A program made the position numbers and the translations under genes. A stretch of DNA of 27,225 nucleotides. Origin: Octopus sinensis. Its lineage: Eukaryota. Positions 22,560 to 27,225 of this stretch are shown in pieces. Position 1 is the first letter of the stretch. Every line of letters begins with the position of its first letter. The stretch spans positions 1-27,225 of the forward strand of contig NW_021834047.1 in assembly GCF_006345805.1 (NCBI RefSeq), in the 5' to 3' direction. Under the pieces are notes generated by a model that saw nothing but the letters and a program-made list of their open reading frames with translations, made no database searches and had not been told where the DNA came from.

Positions 22560-22935
22560 AGTGGAGGCGCAATGGCTCAGTGGTTAGGGCAGCGGACTCG
22601 CGGTCGTAGGATCGTGGTTTCGATTCCCAGACCGGGCGTTGTGAGTGTTTATTGAGCGAAAACACCTAAAAAGCTCCACGAGGCTCCGGCAGGGATGGTG
22701 GTGATCCCTGCTCTACTCTTTCACCACAACTGTCTCTCATTCTTACTTCCTGTTTCTGTTGTACCTGTATTTCAAAGGGCCAGCCTTGTCACGCTGAATC
22801 TCCTCAAGAACTACGTTAAGGGTACACGTGTCTGTGGAGTGCTCAGCCACTTGCACGTTAATTCCACGAGCAGGCTGTTCTGTTGATCGTATCAGCTGGG
22901 ACCCTCATCGTCGTAACCGACGGAGTGCTCCTATA
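22560..22935 (+). mobile_element. Full-length tRNA-derived SINE with 13-bp target-site duplication
   Basis: A box TGGCTCAGTGG at 22573 and B box GGTTTCGATTCC at 22616. The TSD TATCTGCGTTTGT lies at 22547-22559 and 22936-22948. Confidence 0.9.
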
Positions 22936-23499
22936 TATCTGCGTTTGTTATGATGAATAAGGAGTCCAAGTTAAAATAGCTCCGAAAATGTGGAAGGATG
23001 GAACGATAATAGTTGTAACAATTTCTTTTCATGGGTCAGCTCATTTAAACCAGTCTAGTGTTAAGCAGGAGTTGCAGTAAAAAAAAAAAAAACCAGCAAG
23101 AAAAATCACATGGAGTAACATCTTTGTGAATTGTCCCTTTATTAAGTTTCAAAAGACCAAGAAAAAAACAACGTATGTTTCTATAATAACAGAAGGGATT
23201 TTCAGAAATAAGGATTGTAGTTTGACTATCAAGATATTGAAACTTAGTGAATAGTTAGTAAAATTTTTTTTTTTAGATAAAAAGCAGGAACAGCTGCCCC
23301 GGATAATAATAAGAAATAAGATACCATCTCGGTTTATGCTTATGTCAGTCGTAAATTGAACTGGAAACAGTTTATTACACAATTTGGTTTACTCGCGAAA
23401 GAAAATAAAGCTAAAGTATCGAAGATGCGTCATAACGCGCGCGCGTGTGTGTGTGTGTGTGTCGATCAGCTACCTCAATAGGTAACAGCTGATTCTTAT

Positions 23500-24100
23500 T
23501 GTTCTTCTTAATTTTTCTTCTTTTTACTCTGGGCACAAGGCCCGAAACTTTTGGAGAGGGGACCCAGTCGATTACATCGACCCCAGTGCGTAACTGGTAC
23601 TTAATTTATCGACCCCGAAAGGATGAAAGGCAAAGTCGACCTCGGCGGAATTTGAACTCAGAACGTAACGGAAGACGAAATACCTATTTCTTTACTACCC
23701 ACAAGTGGCTAAACACAGAGGAGACAAACAAGGACAGACAAAGGGATTAAGTCGATTACATCGAACCCAGTGCGTAACTGGTACTTAATTTATCGACCCC
23801 GAAAGGATGAAAGGCAAAGTCGACCTCGGTGGAATTTGAACTCAGAACGTAACGGAAGACGAAATACCTATTTCTTTTCTACCCACAAGTGGCTAAACAC
23901 AGAGAGGACAAACAAGGACAGACAAAGGGATTAAGTCGATTATATCGACCCCAGTGCGTAACTGGTACTTATTTAATCGACCCTGAAAGGATGAAAGGCA
24001 AAGTCGACCTCGGCGGAATTTGAACTTAGAACGTAACGGCAGACGACAACCCGCTAAGCATTGTGCCCTGCGTGCTAACGTTTCTACCAGATCACTTCCT
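23500..24100 (-). mobile_element. SINE family B trimer (184-bp period)
   Basis: gtcgatta(c/t)atcga anchors at 23567, 23751 and 23935; one head at the right end and one alternative tail at the left end. Confidence 0.9.
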
Positions 24101-24567
24101 TTTTTCTTCTTAATTTTGAAGAGTCAATGAGTTCAAAGAGATAAGACACGTTTGAGCATTTGTATGTAGAAACCTTAATGAATCTCAAGAAGCATAAATT
24201 AAGATATTCTGAAGGAAACACCGTGTAGTATTTTTTTTTTTTTTTGCTTTTCTATCAAAGATATAATGTCTGTCACGTATGCATAACGTTCTTTGGTGTT
24301 GCTACGCAGTTTCTCGACCTGCAAGTCCTATCACCCAAATTTCTTGGGACCTTCATCCTTCATCCTTCGTGCATACGGAACTACCTAAAGGCTAGGCTAG
24401 GCTAACTGCATATGTGTCACCTTAATCAAAGCTGGTTTAGTGTTGCACAAGAAACAAGAATATTCTAAATCTTAAAAACAAAATGGTCAGCGAACACAAA
24501 ATTTCGTTCGTTACCAGCATTAAATCGATATTTGGAACAAATATATTTTAATTATAGTTAAATATTT

Positions 24568-24981
24568 CTTTACTCTCTTTACTCTTTTACTTGTTTCAGT
24601 CATTTGACTGCGGCCATGCTGGGGCACCGCCTTTAATCGAGCAACTCGACCCCGGGACTTATTCTTTTGTAAGCCCAGTACTTATTCTATCGGTCTCTTT
24701 TGCCGAACCGCTAAGTAACGGGGACGTAAACACACCAGCATCGGTTGTCAAGCAATGTTGTGGGGACAAACACAGACACACAAACATACACACACACACA
24801 TATATACATATACATATATACGACAGGCTTCTTTCAGTTTCCGTCTACCAAATCCACTCACAAGGCATGGTCGGCCCGGGGCTATAGCAGAAGACACTTG
24901 CTCAAGGTGCCACGCAGTGGGACTGAACCCGGAACCATGTGGTTGGTTAGCAAGCTACTTACCACACAGCCACTCCTGCGC
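24568..24981 (-). mobile_element. SINE family A, full length
   Basis: Reverse complement of the family over its whole length; tail ctttactctctttactcttttac. Confidence 0.92.
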
Positions 24982-25090
24982 TCTTTGTGTACTATTTTTT
25001 TTTTTTTTTGCATAAAATGTATATATGCACAAGTGCATAGTTTAGAAACAAAGTTACATATTGAAGCATAGTGATTAATGCTGTTTAATA

Positions 25091-25120
25091 TTGGGTTGGT
25101 GCATAATTATTGCGGCTTTT
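25091..25120 (+). mobile_element. Solo mariner-type terminal inverted repeat
   Basis: TA|TTGGGTTGGTGCATAATTATTGCGGCTTTT closely resembles the Hsmar1/MADE1 TIR TTAGGTTGGTGCAAAAGTAATTGCGGTTTT. Confidence 0.6.
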
Positions 25121-25305
25121 TGTAACATGGCATGGCCGCAGTCTAATGACTAAAACAAGTAAAAGATAAAATAAATAAATAGTAATGATGGTGGAAATAT
25201 TGCTAAATATCAAACTTAAATTCCACCTTAAAAGATTAGAGGAAAGAGCGAGATGTCAGAGATGTATCATCGAGAGCAGTGGTTCCCAACGTGGACAGTA
25301 TATAC

Positions 25306-25333
<28 letters not shown>

Positions 25334-25336
<3 letters not shown>

Positions 25337-25468
25337 GTTCAGGGTTCAGTCCCACTGCGTGGCACCTTGGACAAGTGTCTTCTGCTATGGCCTCGGGCCG
25401 ACCAAAGACTTGTGAGTGGATTTGGTAGACGGAAACTGAAAGAAATCCGTTGTATATATATATATATA
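25334..25468 (+). mobile_element. SINE family A, 5' half
   Basis: gggttcagtcccactgcgtggcaccttgg..ggtagacggaaactgaaagaa, ending in (TA)n. Confidence 0.88.
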
Positions 25469-25640
25469 CCAACTTCACGGCAGGAGGTGCAGATGAGGGC
25501 AGCTGCATCGAACTCTCTCATGCATCAGATGGCGTTTGCTAAAAAGCATCCGTGAGGTAAAATCGTGTAGCAAACCAAATGGCGGTGCCCCAGCATGCCA
25601 CAGCTCTTTAGCTGAAACTGGAAAAATCAAAATCAAAATA
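25469..25640 (+). mobile_element. SINE-like fragment with a family-A-related tail
   Basis: ggcggtgccccagcatgccacagctc..gctgaaact parallels the A tail ggcggtgctccagcatggccacagtc..gactgaaac. Confidence 0.45.
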
Positions 25641-25740
25641 TATATATTTATATATATATATATTATATATATATATTATATATATATATAATATATATAT
25701 AGGTGAGAAAGTTGGTGTGTGAAAGCACGTGGTTGGATAT

Positions 25741-26153
25741 ATAGTAAAAGTGAAAAAACTACAGAAGGCTTGTTTTATAAGGTTAAAGAATATATTTGAG
25801 TCATTATGTTGGAAGAATGTTATAAATTTTTTCATACAGTAACATAGTTTGGAGAAATTACCGGTTTCGTGTTAACTTTTCAAATTTCTCAAGTGTCTCT
25901 CAAGGTAACTACATCGTGTTATGTCTTCGTTATGAAGTGCAAAGAAGAGTTCTTTGCACTTCATAACGAAGATATAACACGATGTAGGTAAAGACACTTG
26001 AGAAATTTGAAAAGTTAACACGAAACCGGTAATTTCTCCTAAAACTATGTTACTGTATGAAAAAATTTTATAACATTCTTCCAACATAATGACTCAAATA
26101 TATTCTTTAACCTTATAAAACAAGCCTTCTGTAGTTTTTTCACTTTTTACTAT
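25741..26153. repeat. Long inverted repeat / foldback (arms 206 and 204 bp, 3-nt spacer)
   Basis: Arm 25741-25946 is the reverse complement of 25950-26153, apart from three small indels, one ~6-nt indel block and a few substitutions. Confidence 0.97.
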
Positions 26154-26184
26154 TTTCTATATATATATATATACATATATATAT

Positions 26185-26225
<41 letters not shown>

Positions 26226-26234
26226 CGTGCGTGC

Positions 26235-26434
26235 GTGTCTGTGCTTGTCCCCACAACAATCGCTTGGCAACCGATATTGGTATGTTTACGTCCCCGCATC
26301 TTAGCGGCCCAGCAAAAGAGACCAACAGAATAAGTACTAGGTTTACAAAGAATAAGTCCTGAGGTCGATTTGCTCGACTAAAGGCGGTGCTCCAGCATGA
26401 CTGCAGTCAAAAATGACTGAAACAAGTAAAAAAG
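26235..26434 (+). mobile_element. SINE family A, 3' half
   Basis: ttgtccccacaacaatcgcttggcaaccgat..ggcggtgctccagcatg..tgactgaaacaagtaaaa. Confidence 0.88.
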
Positions 26435-27015
26435 AAAAAAAAAAACTCAAGTGTGTTTAGATATCGTTATTTTTCTTGTTACTAACTTGGCCACAAATTT
26501 TAGCGAAGAATACTAGATAACTGTTTCGATCCTACTTCTTGGCTGCTATTTTATTTTATATCAACTCTACAAGAAGGATACTTAAACTCCTCTACTAATT
26601 CGATATAGTGGAATGCCGAAAGACACTTTATCCGTTAACTGATGTTCTAACGGTCCTGTCACTTCACTGAAAGACCGATTGGCTGTAGTTTACTTTAGAA
26701 AAAATATTCTACGAACCAAACGAGAACGTTACATCTGCTGTGTTGGTTTTTAGTGGTGAAAATAATTATCTTGTTTCAAGCGATATGCTATTTTTTAATG
26801 GCAGCAATTAGATGATTAAAATAACTAGTGCACCAGTGCTTCAATAATATTTATCTTAATTAAATGCATTGAAAATTATTATAGACTAAAGCGAAAACAT
26901 ATGTGATTTGCTGATGATCATTGAAAATATATAAATAAATAACAGGAAACTGATGTCCGTTTAAAATACATGAAAGAGAGATATTGCTGAGTGTTACATT
27001 TAATCTTGGGATAAA

Positions 27016-27089
<74 letters not shown>

Positions 27090-27118
27090 CCTACCTACCT
27101 ACCTACCTACCTACCAAC
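27016..27118. repeat. (ATCT)n(ACCT)n microsatellite
   Basis: Read directly. Confidence 0.95.
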
Positions 27119-27225
27119 CTATTTATATATCTATCTAGCTGTCTATCTTTCTGGACCGCTGAAATCTACATTTTTTTCATTCTCTCTGTTTATTTTCTCT
27201 TATTCCTTGCTGTTGAAGAGCATAG

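Noticed and set aside
22563-22635. tRNA gene
   Set aside because: A and B boxes are present, but the anticodon arm is irregular, the sequence continues into a SINE body, and the whole unit is flanked by a TSD.
23500-24100. CRISPR-like array or hammerhead retrozyme
   Set aside because: Units are near-identical along their whole length with no unique spacers, and no CUGANGA core is present in either orientation.
26906-26936. CTGATGA-tcatt-GAAA hammerhead-like core
   Set aside because: Stem II cannot form and stem III is a single pair; consistent with chance in AT-rich DNA.

Overview
AT-rich, repeat-dominated eukaryotic non-coding DNA with no intact protein-coding gene I can support. Nearly all ORFs in the track are artefacts of microsatellites or SINEs. 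The SINE families resemble those I recall from Octopus genomes, so a coleoid cephalopod origin is an inference, not verified. The window holds two abundant tRNA-like SINE families (called A and B here), one full tRNA-derived SINE with a 13-bp target-site duplication, two complete non-autonomous Helitrons, DNA-transposon end fragments and many microsatellites. The only recognisable coding remnant is a disrupted CCHC + restriction-like-endonuclease (RLE) C-terminus of a non-LTR retrotransposon (17161-17594, minus). Highlights: (1) a minimal type-I hammerhead ribozyme (16832-16885, minus) lies 275 nt downstream of that RLE remnant on the same strand; (2) a 39-nt 28S rRNA fragment spanning the R2 insertion site is fused to an RTE-5'UTR-like structured segment (about 21625-21793, minus); (3) a 413-bp near-perfect foldback palindrome (25741-26153); (4) a 184-bp SINE multimer whose junction recurs at a second locus; (5) a Helitron carrying a 118-bp copy of its own flank.
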